This document shows positions 27,161 through 37,598 of a DNA stretch of 64,000 nt, piece after piece (positions within the stretch are counted from its first letter, which is position 1; every line of letters starts with the position of its first letter). Source of the stretch: Myxococcota bacterium (GTDB taxonomy: Bacteria; Myxococcota_A; SURF-8); the NCBI GenBank assembly GCA_963674735.2, contig CAXXQS010000001.1:928001-992000 (forward strand), written 5' to 3'. The notes beneath the pieces were generated by a model. The model searched no databases. It saw only the letters and a list, made by a program, of their open reading frames with translations, and had not been told where the DNA came from. Made by a program: the position numbers and the translations under genes.

Positions 27161-28546
27161 ATGGTGGCGGATTTGTTCGATCGGAATCTGGAAGATGACA
27201 AAGGGCGCGATGCGCCGTTGGCGGCACGCATGCGACCTCGACGGCTCGAAGATTTCATGGGGCAACAACATCTGGTGGGGGGAAGGGCGTTTTCTACGGC
27301 AGCTCATCGCGCGTGACCATGTGCCATCCATGATTCTATGGGGACCGCCAGGGACGGGTAAAACCACTCTTGCCGCCATCATTGCCAAATCCACACGCTC
27401 GCGTTTCGTTTTTTACAGTGCCGTACTTGGTTCGGTGAAAGAAATTCGGGTTATTATCGAGCGGGCGCGCGAGGAAAAAAAATTCTATCGACGTCGCAGC
27501 ATCCTGTTTGTCGATGAAATCCACCGCTTCAACAAGGGCGCAGCAGGACGCCTTTCTGCCACATGTTGAGAAAGGGTTGATAACTCTGATCGGAGCGACC
27601 ACCGAAAACCCCAGTTTCGAGGTTAATGCTGCGTTGTTGTCCCGCTGCAAGGTCTTGACTCTCAAAGCTTTATCGCCTGATGACATCCGAGAGATCGTCA
27701 AACGAGCGCTTACCGATGAGACCAACGGACTCGGAGCGCGTGGAGTTGCAATATCTGAGAATGCTTTGACAATTCTGGCGGAAAGCAGCTACGGAGACGC
27801 GCGACGATCACTGAGCACGCTGGAGGCGGCGGTTGATCTGGCCGAGGAAGCCGGGTTGAGAGAAATAACGGCTGAGATCGTCTCCGAGGCGCAGCAGAAG
27901 AAACAATTGCTCTACGACAAAGCCGGGGAAGAACACTACAACGTCATTTCCCGCTTTTATCAAGAGTTTACGAGGGGTCCGACCCCGACGCGGCCGTTTA
28001 TTGGATGGCGCGCATGCTGGAGTCGGGAGAAGATCCGATGTTTATCTTACGGCGAATGGTGATCTTTGCTTCGGAAGACATCGGGTCAGCCGACTCAGGG
28101 GGCCCTTGCGAGTGGCGTTGAATGCCATGGAATCATTTCGGTTTATCGGTCTTCCGGAAGGTGTTGTTGCCGATGACACAGGCCGCGACTTATTTGGCCT
28201 GTGCTCCGAAGTCGAACAGTGCCTTGAAAGCTTATTTTGCCGCATTGAAAGACGTCAAACACGCACGGTCCACTGGGTGTTCCTTTGCATTTGCGTAACG
28301 CCCCGACATCGCTTATGAAACAGCTCGGTTATGGGGCATCATACAAATACCCCGCACAGCTATAACGACCACCATGTGAAAGAATGCTATCTGCCGGATG
28401 AATTGGCTAATCGGCGATACTATGAACCGTCGGGTCAGGGGGAAGAAGCCGCCATTTCCCAGCGCCTTGCCCGTTGGCGCAAGAAAACAGAAGAAAATGT
28501 GGCTGAATTGGAAGAAACGAAATCAAAAAAAGTTGGAAAATCATGA
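27161..28546 (+). CDS. rarA: Replication-associated recombination protein A (multiple apparent frameshifts)
   Basis: [61 protein letters not shown] and HLRNAPT are spread across different frames. Confidence 0.88.
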
Positions 28547-28664
28547 AATTCCACTCAACTGCGTTGTGCCTATTACCGATTATGTAAAGAATGGAGCACT
28601 TTATCCGAGGCGTTGTTATCCATCATCAGTTTTAAGATTTAGAAAAGATCAATGAGGTTGGCTT

Positions 28665-29000
28665 ATGGGGTTGGTTCGGTCGAAACTTTTCCACGCATAT
28701 CATCTGAGTTTACAGACGACAATGGATGTCGACAAGATCATTCGAAAAGTCCGAGACGCAATGAAGCCTCGGGATGCCATCGAGACTCGTCGTCTGTTGC
28801 TGGCGCTTTCCGCGCATCTTTCGATTGCTCTCAAAAACCTCGACCAAAGTGAAGGTGAGTTGACGAGTCATAAAGATGCTTTGGAAACCGTCGAAAAACT
28901 GAGCAAGCGCTTGGAAAAAATGATCAATCTTCCGAATGCCGACCAAGCACGTTTGCGTGTTGTGGTCGATCGCCTTGGTGAGATTAAAAAGGCACTATAA
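28665..29000 (+). CDS. Hypothetical helical protein
   Basis: 111-aa ORF with GAGG RBS and amphipathic helices. Confidence 0.5.
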   Translation: MGLVRSKLFHAYHLSLQTTMDVDKIIRKVRDAMKPRDAIETRRLLLALSAHLSIALKNLDQSEGELTSHKDALETVEKLSKRLEKMINLPNADQARLRVVVDRLGEIKKAL

Positions 29001-29296
29001 TTACACGTGTTCTCCCGTTTTTTTTTGTGATCGGTTTGAGAGAGCTATCCGACTGACAAATTGTCACGAATATCGGCAAAATCCGCTAAAAATGACATTC
29101 TGTCCGTGAATGTAGAGGGGGCCACGCGAATGAATCGGCATTATTCGAGACCGTCCGATTTTGTGCAGAGATATATGCTGTAAATACATATACATAGCTG
29201 AACATCGATTTTTATTGAATCCTGGCATTTCTCTTGCTAGCTTCTCCTGCGACGACGTTTGCTCTTCGACCTGTGCGGCTCCCATGGAGGTGTTGG

Positions 29297-30820
29297 ATGA
29301 TATGCGGATCTGAAACGCTTGGACGCTTGATTTGGCTGATTTCGGCTTTCATGTTGTTGGCTCCGATATCGGCTTTCGGCGGCGTAAGTTTGACTGTCAC
29401 TGAGGTGCAGGTCGATAGCGATGACGTTTCCGACCTGGACAAAATCTATGCCGCTGAAGATGCCTTGATTAAAATCACGATGTCTGTTACCGCTGACAGC
29501 GATAGCGATGTTACGGGCTGGTCGATGCGTATCGGTGATGCAAGTACCGGTTTTTTGTATGATCAGGGAGACTTTTCCGGATCGACCGCGACTTTGTCCT
29601 TTACAACAGCCAACCTTATTTCGGCGAGTTCCACTGCAGCAAATGGTCTTTCGGGTGGCGATCCAGTGTATTCCTACGAGGTCTCTTTGAAGGCGGATTA
29701 TTCCACCGGGACCACGACGACGGATGAAGATGGCGATAGCGACACGGATACCGCAACCACCTCGGATGGCGATATCGAGGTCAATGATTCCCCCGACTAC
29801 TCGCTGACCATTCATATTGACGAAGATCCTCCGGGGAAGGTCGAGTTGACGGATGCTGAACCTGGAGAGGAGAGTTTGACGGTTTCCTGGAAGACGACGT
29901 TAACCTCTGAGGCAGGCAATACCGAGCCCGGTTTTTCCGTCAAATTCTGTGTGCGAGCGATCGGCGAAACTGATGATACGGAAGATGGCGACGTCGGCGA
30001 TGTCGATGGCGATGTCGATGCGGTAGCGGCGACGGCGATTGAAAGTGAACCTGAACGGAACGTGGATTTGGGTTCGTTTTCGTTGTCTTTGTCCAATGGG
30101 GACGACGATTTCGCCTTTTCCGAGGACGAAACCGATACGGATGGCGATTTAGATTCAGATCCGGTTGATGGTGATGATCCGGTCGATGGCGACGATCCGA
30201 TTGAGCCGGTCGATGGAGATCTAGCCGTGGTCGACGGAGACAAGTTGGAAGGGGCCGGAGATCCGGAAGGTTGTATCAGTCCCTATCCCACTAGTAGCGA
30301 TGGTTCGGGCGGATCTTACAGAATTTCCGGCTTGTCCAATGGGGTGACTTATGAAATCCTTGGATTGGCGGTTGATTTGGCCGGAAACGAAAGCAATTAT
30401 TGGTCGGATGCGATTGTCGGTTCTCCCCAGGAAGTAGACGATTTCTGGGAACTTTACAAGAAGGCGGGGGGCAACGAGGACGGAGGATTCTGCTTCATTG
30501 CCACAGCCGCCTACGGTTCCTATGATGCCCCGGAAGTTCGGACTTTCAGACTCTTTCGTGATCGTGTTCTGGCTCAAAGCGACTTGGGGCGCAGTTTGAT
30601 TGATTTGTACTATCAGGTTAGTCCTCCGGCAGCGCGTGTGGTGCAATCTCATCCAACTTTGGGTCGCATGACTCGCTCGGCGCTGTTTCCGTTGTGGTTG
30701 ATGTTGCATCTCATTCTGGAGTGGTCGCTTATGGCCCAGATCATCTTGCTTCTTACGGCCAGTATGGTCATGTGGGGACTACACCGATTTGTTTTGACCG
30801 GAAAGGGGGTACGGGTATGA
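29297..30820 (+). CDS. Secreted FN3-like protein with C-terminal CFI-box-CTERM domain (MXAN_2561-like)
   Basis: GGAGG RBS and signal peptide; ISGLSNGVTYEI..AVDLAGNES; DFWELYKKAGG.E.GG; CFIATAAYGS...R.FRD. Confidence 0.7.
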   Translation: MICGSETLGRLIWLISAFMLLAPISAFGGVSLTVTEVQVDSDDVSDLDKIYAAEDALIKITMSVTADSDSDVTGWSMRIGDASTGFLYDQGDFSGSTATLSFTTANLISASSTAANGLSGGDPVYSYEVSLKADYSTGTTTTDEDGDSDTDTATTSDGDIEVNDSPDYSLTIHIDEDPPGKVELTDAEPGEESLTVSWKTTLTSEAGNTEPGFSVKFCVRAIGETDDTEDGDVGDVDGDVDAVAATAIESEPERNVDLGSFSLSLSNGDDDFAFSEDETDTDGDLDSDPVDGDDPVDGDDPIEPVDGDLAVVDGDKLEGAGDPEGCISPYPTSSDGSGGSYRISGLSNGVTYEILGLAVDLAGNESNYWSDAIVGSPQEVDDFWELYKKAGGNEDGGFCFIATAAYGSYDAPEVRTFRLFRDRVLAQSDLGRSLIDLYYQVSPPAARVVQSHPTLGRMTRSALFPLWLMLHLILEWSLMAQIILLLTASMVMWGLHRFVLTGKGVRV

Positions 30821-31827
30821 AATGCCTCGTACTGAAACCCGCTGTCGCTTTGATGGCGTTTATCGCCCTGTTGTTGACTCCACTTTTTGCGGGATTGGCC
30901 AATTTACAAGCCCAGGAAGAAAATCCGACAGAAGTGGAATCCCTTGATGATCCCCCGTTGGCCGAGACTTCCGTGGCGGATGAGTCCGATCTCGTTGAAA
31001 ACGAATCCGATCGAGATTGGGCTGAAGAAGAGACGGATGGCGACGATGCCGCCGCAGCCGCGGCTGGGTATGTTTCGCCGGTGCGGACAACAAATCCGCG
31101 TGACGAAGTCACGGAGGAACGACCGATTGAAGAGATTGTCCATGGGGAAGGCGGGTACGAACATGATATGGCGCTGAGCCCCAAGAACTGGACGTTTCAT
31201 GCCGGGTTTGGCGCGTACAAACTTCGCTATATCGATGATGAATTTGATACCTCTTCGCCGAGCAAGGATATCTTCGGTGACAAACTGAATTTTACCTTCC
31301 AGCTTGGTCTTGAGCGCTTTCTTTGGCAAGGTTTCGGTACGGTTGGTATCGAGGCTGCATTCGGCTATTTTCAGGCCAAAGGAAAGGGCCTGTTCCCCGA
31401 TGGAACAAAATCGTCCGACACCACCAAGTTCAATATGATGCCATTCAAGCTTTCGGGAGTTTACCGTTTCTCGAATGTTTGGGAAGATTACGGCGTTCCG
31501 TTGGTTCCTTACGCGAAGCTTGGACTGGACTATCACATCTGGTGGATCACCGACCAGGGTGGCAGTGTTTCGAGCTACGAAAAAGCGGGAGGCGGTGAGG
31601 CTAAAGGATACGGAGGAACCTTCGGCTTCCATGTCAGTTACGGACTGCAGTTTTGCCTTGATATCATCGATCGAAGATTGGCCAACGAATTCGATCATGA
31701 TGTCGGTGTGAATAATACGTATCTGTATGCCGAGGGAACTTTCGCGAAAATCAACGATTTCTGGATCGGCGATTCGTTCGATCTTTCCGACCATCATTTT
31801 TTGGTTGGTCTGCTGTTTGAATTCTAA
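30817..31827 (+). CDS. Outer-membrane beta-barrel protein (MXAN_2562-like)
   Basis: ATGA overlap with the upstream gene; alternating beta-strand pattern, PLVPYAKLGL, GVNNTYLYAE and a terminal Phe (LLFEF). Confidence 0.7.
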   Translation: MKCLVLKPAVALMAFIALLLTPLFAGLANLQAQEENPTEVESLDDPPLAETSVADESDLVENESDRDWAEEETDGDDAAAAAAGYVSPVRTTNPRDEVTEERPIEEIVHGEGGYEHDMALSPKNWTFHAGFGAYKLRYIDDEFDTSSPSKDIFGDKLNFTFQLGLERFLWQGFGTVGIEAAFGYFQAKGKGLFPDGTKSSDTTKFNMMPFKLSGVYRFSNVWEDYGVPLVPYAKLGLDYHIWWITDQGGSVSSYEKAGGGEAKGYGGTFGFHVSYGLQFCLDIIDRRLANEFDHDVGVNNTYLYAEGTFAKINDFWIGDSFDLSDHHFLVGLLFEF

Positions 31828-32181
31828 GAATCATCGTTTTCTCATACGGTAAGCAAGAATCCGTCCGGGGACTCTCTTCCGGACGCCTTTGGCCTCATCG
31901 TATCGCCTGAAGGCAACTTGCCGACGGATTGGTCGCTGATTCTGCACGTATCACTCGAAGACAAACCCCGACATCCCCAAACGCAATGGCTTGAACCTAG
32001 CATGCGGAGCGGCTTCTCTGCTCTTTATTGGCTAATGTAAAACTTTAAGGATAGGTGTCTTTTTGCAGCAACAGAAAGTGCCTGGAGATCTGTTTGAACC
32101 ACTCCAACGGCTAGACTGTGTTTTCGTGAAACTCATTCAAACAGCAAAGGCGTGAGTGCGCCTAATGCTTTCGGAAACTCG

Positions 32182-33048
32182 TCACTTGGTTTTTTCGGAG
32201 GATTTGGTTGTCTTTTTCAGTTTGGTTGTTTTCTTGGGTGTAGCTTTTACCGTGCTTTTAGCTTTCACGCTTTTTGCGGGTGTCGCCTTTTGGGTGGCTT
32301 TAGTCTTTGATGTTTTGGCTGGCTTAGCGGCCGCTTTGGTTGGTTTGGCGGCCGCTTTGGTTGGTTTGGCGGCCGCTTTGGTTGGTTTGGCCGCCGCTTT
32401 GGTTGGCTTGGCTGCCGCTTTGGTTGGCTTGGCTGCCGCTTTGGTTGGTTTAGCCGCCGCTTTGGTTGGTTTAGCCGCCGCTTTAGTTGATTTAGCTGCC
32501 GTTTTGGTTGTTTTACGGCCTGCAGGAACGGTCCCGCCGGATTCTTCGAGTTTTTTAAGTTTCTTTACAAATTCCAAGACGGCTTTTGCATGACCGGCAA
32601 TTTTCATTCTCTCAAAAATCTTCTTTATTTTCCCATCCTTGCCGATAACGAAGGTGGTACGGCGCACGCTTGTAAAGGTTTGTCCAAGCAGCGTTTTTTC
32701 ACGCCAGACTCCATACTTGGTGGCCACTTTGGAACCGGTGTCGACCAAAAGTGGGAAGGTCAATTTATTCTTCTTACAGAATGCTCGATGACTTTCCATG
32801 CTGTCGGGGCTGATGCCTAAAACGATTGTGCCGTTTCGATTGAATTGCGTCTTATAGTTTTGAAATTCCAGGCCTTCCTGCTTGCATCCCGGTGTGTTAT
32901 CCTTGGGATAGAAATACAGGATAACGATATTGGCGTTTTTGAAATCTTCCAGACGAACTTTGACTCCGGTTGTAGCCGCCAGAAAGAATTTGGGTGCATC
33001 CATTCCTTCAGACAAATGCGTACCTTTTGCTTTTTTCGCTTCAGCCAT
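32182..33048 (-). CDS. bcp: Bcp/PrxQ peroxiredoxin with Lys/Ala-rich histone-H1-like tail
   Basis: YFYPKDNTPGC peroxidatic motif, GISPDS and RTTFVIGKDG; C-terminal (AAAKPTK)n. Confidence 0.85.
   Translation of the reverse strand: MAEAKKAKGTHLSEGMDAPKFFLAATTGVKVRLEDFKNANIVILYFYPKDNTPGCKQEGLEFQNYKTQFNRNGTIVLGISPDSMESHRAFCKKNKLTFPLLVDTGSKVATKYGVWREKTLLGQTFTSVRRTTFVIGKDGKIKKIFERMKIAGHAKAVLEFVKKLKKLEESGGTVPAGRKTTKTAAKSTKAAAKPTKAAAKPTKAAAKPTKAAAKPTKAAAKPTKAAAKPTKAAAKPTKAAAKPAKTSKTKATQKATPAKSVKAKSTVKATPKKTTKLKKTTKSSEKTK
32314..32500 (-). repeat. 21-nt tandem repeat encoding AAAKPTK (7 exact peptide copies plus 2 variants)
   Basis: TTTGGTTGG recurs at 32335, 32356, 32377, 32398, 32419, 32440 and 32461. 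Confidence 0.95.
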
Positions 33049-33160
33049 AAAAACACCTTTCGAAACGCGCCGGACTTTCGGCAAGAGAATCAGAAACTTA
33101 GACCTATATATGTTACACCATTGCAGGGCTGAGAGCAAACGAAAATACCGGAAACGGCGA

Positions 33161-35023
33161 TTAGTCGACCCATGTTTCGTGAATATGTTGGTGTTTGTCG
33201 AGTGGGAAAATCAGACGCACGATGGTTCGATTGTCCTCTCGGCGTAATTCGAGACGGCCTCCATATTGTGAAACGACATGATTGACAAAAGCCAACCCCA
33301 GTCCCACGTGATGGTCCGGATCGGTTGTGTAAAATGGATCTGCCAGGCGAGGGGTTGATTCCGGGTCGAAACCGGGTCCCTTATCTTCGATTTGGATCTC
33401 CAGCCGTCGTCGTCCACTTGATAACGTTCGGTATTGGGAGCGGATATTTACCTGTGGGGGATCGGGTGAGAGGGTTGCCCAGTGGGTCGCGTTGTCAAGC
33501 AAGTGTAGGAAAAGTTGGATAAATGAACGGCGCGACCCGCTCAGCGTGGCGGCCGGCGAGCCGTAATCCGTGTGGATGGTGATGTTTGCCTGTGAAATTC
33601 GATCGCTGAGAATGTTGAGCGCGGGCTTGATCAAATCTTCGACAGGTATACGCTCGTGTTCTTCGTCTTTATCTCCCACTTCCAGACCGGTGAGTGCATC
33701 GCCCAGAGACGAGAGTAAATCTCTGAGTCTTTGAAACTCCGATTGCAACGAGTCTCGGTCGGCTTCGGACAAGGGTTCGTTCGACAATTGATGCAGAACC
33801 GTGTTCAAACGATCGAGAGGGTCCAATGTCTTGGACGCGATCTGAGCCTGTAGATCGGAAATCGCGGCCAATTGTGTTGCCCGCTGCAATCGATACTCCA
33901 TGCCGTACAGATGCGAAGTGTCTGATATCACAATTAAAACACCCGTCGGTCGGGCTTCGGTTCTAATGAGGCGAATCAGAAACTCCGCTTCAAATGTCGA
34001 TCCGTTGGAGCGAACCGCGCGGATCTGGTAGTGCTCGGGAACATCGCCGCCTTCTAGACGGACGCTGTTATCCGCGACAATCAGCGGACGATTGTCGGCA
34101 TGAATCAGAGACGTGTAATGCAGCTTCTGTGAGTCGGCCGGGGCGATACCGAACATCTCGAAAAAAGCCGCATTGGTTTCCACCAGGAAGCCCTTCTCAT
34201 CCAACAGGAGGACCGTCGAGGGGAGAAGGGAAAGCAACGCTTCATGTTTGGTTTTAGTGACGTGCAACGACCGGCTCAGTTCGTCCACCGAACGGAAGAT
34301 ATCGAAAGTATTTCGGGTTTCGTCGCGGATACCACTTTCTCGTTGGATGTAAAAAGAGAGGGGTGGGGCAATCAAGGCGGCCATCACCCACTTTCCAATG
34401 CCTTGTGTGAGTAAGTCGACCCAGTAACTGGTTTCGCCGATCGTTGTTCCCGTAACGAAAATCAGAGAATCGAGTGTGAGAGCGACGGCTAACGCGAGGA
34501 AGAGCTTCAGAGTCGGAGAACGGTGGGGTAGGCGATTTTGCAGAAACTGGTAGACTAAAATCAGTACGACCATATCCGCCACCAAGGCTACGCTCGACCA
34601 GACAAGCTCCTGCCAATGCAAGGCGAGAAAGCTTTGGGGCAGAGGATACGGCAAAGGAGGTGATGCTTTGATGAGCCCCTGAGTGAAGACTTCAAGCAGC
34701 AGAAAGAGGGCCTGAAGAGCGACAACGGACACAATCAGGCGGCGCGCCATACGAGCCCCATCGGAAACATACACCAGCAGTAAGGCAGCGAAAATCGAGG
34801 AAAAATAGGCCACAGAAGCAACCGGAATATCCAATTCGCCGAACTGCAGAGTGTCGATGCCGAGACGAGTCATCCACCACATGTAAATCAGTAACCCACC
34901 GACCAAGATGAAGTAGAGGTCCAGTCCGTAACGACGGCGCAGACGATGAGCTCCGATCAGGGCGAACAGGATGGCGTAGGCCTGCAACAACACTAGTCCG
35001 AGACGCAGGAAATTATCAAGCAT
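33161..35023 (-). CDS. Membrane PAS-domain sensor histidine kinase-like protein lacking the H-box His
   Basis: About 7 TM helices, a PAS domain and HATPase boxes (LLDNA, EDKGPG, DPFYTT, GLGL). The H-box region reads IASKTLDPL. Confidence 0.8.
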   Translation of the reverse strand: MLDNFLRLGLVLLQAYAILFALIGAHRLRRRYGLDLYFILVGGLLIYMWWMTRLGIDTLQFGELDIPVASVAYFSSIFAALLLVYVSDGARMARRLIVSVVALQALFLLLEVFTQGLIKASPPLPYPLPQSFLALHWQELVWSSVALVADMVVLILVYQFLQNRLPHRSPTLKLFLALAVALTLDSLIFVTGTTIGETSYWVDLLTQGIGKWVMAALIAPPLSFYIQRESGIRDETRNTFDIFRSVDELSRSLHVTKTKHEALLSLLPSTVLLLDEKGFLVETNAAFFEMFGIAPADSQKLHYTSLIHADNRPLIVADNSVRLEGGDVPEHYQIRAVRSNGSTFEAEFLIRLIRTEARPTGVLIVISDTSHLYGMEYRLQRATQLAAISDLQAQIASKTLDPLDRLNTVLHQLSNEPLSEADRDSLQSEFQRLRDLLSSLGDALTGLEVGDKDEEHERIPVEDLIKPALNILSDRISQANITIHTDYGSPAATLSGSRRSFIQLFLHLLDNATHWATLSPDPPQVNIRSQYRTLSSGRRRLEIQIEDKGPGFDPESTPRLADPFYTTDPDHHVGLGLAFVNHVVSQYGGRLELRREDNRTIVRLIFPLDKHQHIHETWVD

Positions 35024-35068
35024 GGACTTTCTCCGGATTCATCGAACGCTCCGATCGGGCCGTTTGGT

Positions 35069-37420
35069 TTAGGGTTGCCAGCTTTTACAGCATCGAAAAC
35101 CGACCACCCAGCTTGATTCCGAAATAGCCAAATCGTCACTGCAGGTCGAGTCGATGTTCGCGGAAAATCCTCTTGGTGACATCGCAATATGTCCGGGGGC
35201 ATCGTCGAATTCAACATATTCTCCGACATTGCCGCTTAAATCGAAATGGCCGTTGGATGAGCTACAAAGATAAAGAGAGCCGGACGGGGTGAAGGTGTCG
35301 TACGGGTCCGGTGCGTTGTAGTTACGGTCGTTACACCATGATATGTGGTAATCGTCACCATATGGGTAAATTGTCTGGTCTTCACCCTGGCAGGCGCTTA
35401 ACCACTCCGATTGCTTGCACAGTCGTTTTCCAACGAGTGAACAGGCTAATTGGGCTTCGCCGGGTGTGATCTCGGTCCAGGGTTGACGACCGGGGCGACT
35501 AAAGGCCGAGTCGCCGGAATTGCAAGGTGAGTTGGTGTAGGTGGCGGCATCGCAGGACGCTTCATATCGGTCCATGCAGACTTCCAAACCGGGTAAGGGG
35601 GCCATTCCGGCCGGGCAGGGACTGATATCACAGTAGCCCTGTTCCACGAAAACGGAAAAACCACCCAAATTATCATCCGTGTAGCCATCGTTGATGCCGA
35701 GATACAGCGAGCCGAATTCACCGGCGACAAGCAAATGGCGATCGCCGGCGTAAAAAGGGGTTCCATTGATGTTGATTTTGGCGATCAAACTATAGGGCAG
35801 GGCGCTTTCGTCCGGGCAGTCCGGGCAATCGTGCTCGGCAAGCCCGCTGCTTGTGATACAACCGGTGATTTCCGAGGGAGAGGCGCAGCCGCCCGGGTCG
35901 ACGAACAAACTTTCGCCGCTTTGCAGCACCACCGTCGTCCCCGACCAAGCTTGATGGGCCGGAACCTGGATGATTTGGCGCTTGCAAAGCCGACTGCAGT
36001 CCGGTGCGGGATCCGGGGTGAATTCGATGCAGGGTTGGGTGCTTGCGGCGAAATATGCGGTTTCTTCGGCGGAAACAGCACGTTCCGACAGGTATAGATT
36101 GTCCAGGCTGCCTTTGAAGAAGCGCTCGGGGCTGTCATCTGTATTCAAGGCTGCGCCAATGGTCAGTGGAGCCGCGCTACTGTCGATCAACTGTTGGGTG
36201 GGCAACTCGGCCGGGATCGCAGAAGGTTCTCCATTCTGATACAAATTAAGTGTGGTCCCGTCGAAGGTGGCCGCGATATGATGCCAAAGGCCGCTTGACA
36301 GAGTTTCGCCTTCGATAATCCGGTCTCGGTTGGAGGTTCGGATGCGAAAAACCGGTTTCCCGTTTTCGATGGCCAGCTCGAAGACGGGTGGACTGCCTTT
36401 CGCGATCAAGGTTTGGTTGCCAGACGGCTCACCGTCGAGAAGAACGTGAGCCATCAAGGTGATACCTTCGGTGTAAGGGGCGGCCGATTCAGGCAGAACG
36501 GTGCGGCTGCTGTAGCCATTGAAGCGCAATGCACCGTCCCGTTCGTCGTAATGCTGAAACGCAGCTGAGCCTGAACTCAGCGATTGACGGCATAGGTAGT
36601 CGGGTGTGGCGACGGAGGAATGGGTGTCGAAACTGTAAAGCTGCATTTGACCCGTTGCGGTGCAGGCGATGTTCAGACAGTACCCATCCAGGCATTGTTC
36701 AGCTCCCGAGCATTCAGTGGTGGTGTATCCCAAACCATCTTCGTCGCAAAGACGGGCGATTTGACCCTCGCAATCGCGTGAGTAGGGTGTACAGAGTGGG
36801 TCTTCGCAAACTCCTGTGGCGGGGTTACAGAGCTGTTTTCCTTGGCAAATTTCTTGTTCGAATCCCGAACCGTCGCTTCGGCAACGGCGGGAGGCGACGT
36901 TGGAGACACATTCCGTGCAGTCGGGGAAGCAGGCCATGCCATCCGGCGCGGGTGGACATTCGGCCACCGGTTCCTCATCGTCTGCGTCGTTTTCGGAATC
37001 CGAATCGGAATCGCCATCGGTGTCAGGTTCATCATTTGCGACGCAGCGATCCTCTACGCAGATTTGATCGGATTGACATTCTTCGCAACCGATCCGGCAA
37101 ACGCGGTAGAGCGAATCGCAATACGACTGCGGATCCCAGTTTTCGCAATGGGCATCGGCGAGGCACTCAACGCAGCGACCTGATTCTAGATGGCAATATC
37201 CTTCGATGCAATCGGTATTGACGCGGCAGGATTTGATGCAGCGTTTTGCGGCGGAGCAAAATTTGCCTGCCTCGCAATCGAGATCGGTGGCGCATTCCGC
37301 CAAGGCTTCGCCATCCCCGTCGGCAGGCGAGATGTCGGCTTCTTCGTTGCCCCCGCAACCGACTACGAACAAACCGAAGAGGCACAGGCACAGGAGGAAC
37401 CGGATGACATATCGTGACAT
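35069..37420 (-). CDS. Multidomain lipoprotein: Cys-rich repeats, LamG, LecA/PA-IL-like and SUMF1/FGE-like domains
   Basis: VVGC lipobox; WHHIAATFDG...LYQNG (LamG); LYLGIND..TDDN.G.F; MDRYEAS...GKRLC..SEW...DLSGNVGE...GFRCC. Confidence 0.75.
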   Translation of the reverse strand: MSRYVIRFLLCLCLFGLFVVGCGGNEEADISPADGDGEALAECATDLDCEAGKFCSAAKRCIKSCRVNTDCIEGYCHLESGRCVECLADAHCENWDPQSYCDSLYRVCRIGCEECQSDQICVEDRCVANDEPDTDGDSDSDSENDADDEEPVAECPPAPDGMACFPDCTECVSNVASRRCRSDGSGFEQEICQGKQLCNPATGVCEDPLCTPYSRDCEGQIARLCDEDGLGYTTTECSGAEQCLDGYCLNIACTATGQMQLYSFDTHSSVATPDYLCRQSLSSGSAAFQHYDERDGALRFNGYSSRTVLPESAAPYTEGITLMAHVLLDGEPSGNQTLIAKGSPPVFELAIENGKPVFRIRTSNRDRIIEGETLSSGLWHHIAATFDGTTLNLYQNGEPSAIPAELPTQQLIDSSAAPLTIGAALNTDDSPERFFKGSLDNLYLSERAVSAEETAYFAASTQPCIEFTPDPAPDCSRLCKRQIIQVPAHQAWSGTTVVLQSGESLFVDPGGCASPSEITGCITSSGLAEHDCPDCPDESALPYSLIAKININGTPFYAGDRHLLVAGEFGSLYLGINDGYTDDNLGGFSVFVEQGYCDISPCPAGMAPLPGLEVCMDRYEASCDAATYTNSPCNSGDSAFSRPGRQPWTEITPGEAQLACSLVGKRLCKQSEWLSACQGEDQTIYPYGDDYHISWCNDRNYNAPDPYDTFTPSGSLYLCSSSNGHFDLSGNVGEYVEFDDAPGHIAMSPRGFSANIDSTCSDDLAISESSWVVGFRCCKSWQP

Positions 37421-37546
37421 TCGCGTCGTCCTAACTTGGTCGGAATCAATCGGTACGAAAAGCGTACCGGGAAAATTTCCTAATCATTTAGTCGATCATA
37501 ATTTAGACGCAGATGAAAGTAAAGCGAGTCCTTGGTGCAAACAACA

Positions 37547-37574
37547 CAAAACCCCGCCGCAAGTCGCGACGGGG
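37547..37574 (-). terminator. Probable terminator downstream of the 920-aa lipoprotein gene
   Basis: CCCCG...CGGGG stem, with a T-tract on the minus strand. Confidence 0.5.
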
Positions 37575-37598
37575 CTGAAAAATAGAGTTGGAATCGTT

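Noticed and set aside
31855-32025. Possible 6S or other ncRNA in the intergenic region (contains CTTGAACC and a short hairpin)
   Set aside because: I could not build the long end-to-end pairing typical of 6S RNA. An Infernal/Rfam search would decide.
32156-32593. Hydrophobic repeat ORF (LVGLAAA)n on the plus strand
   Set aside because: It is the antisense shadow of the Bcp AAAKPTK tail.
35069-35620. FGE/SUMF1 domain as a diversity-generating retroelement target
   Set aside because: No reverse transcriptase and no second template-repeat copy was seen in the window.
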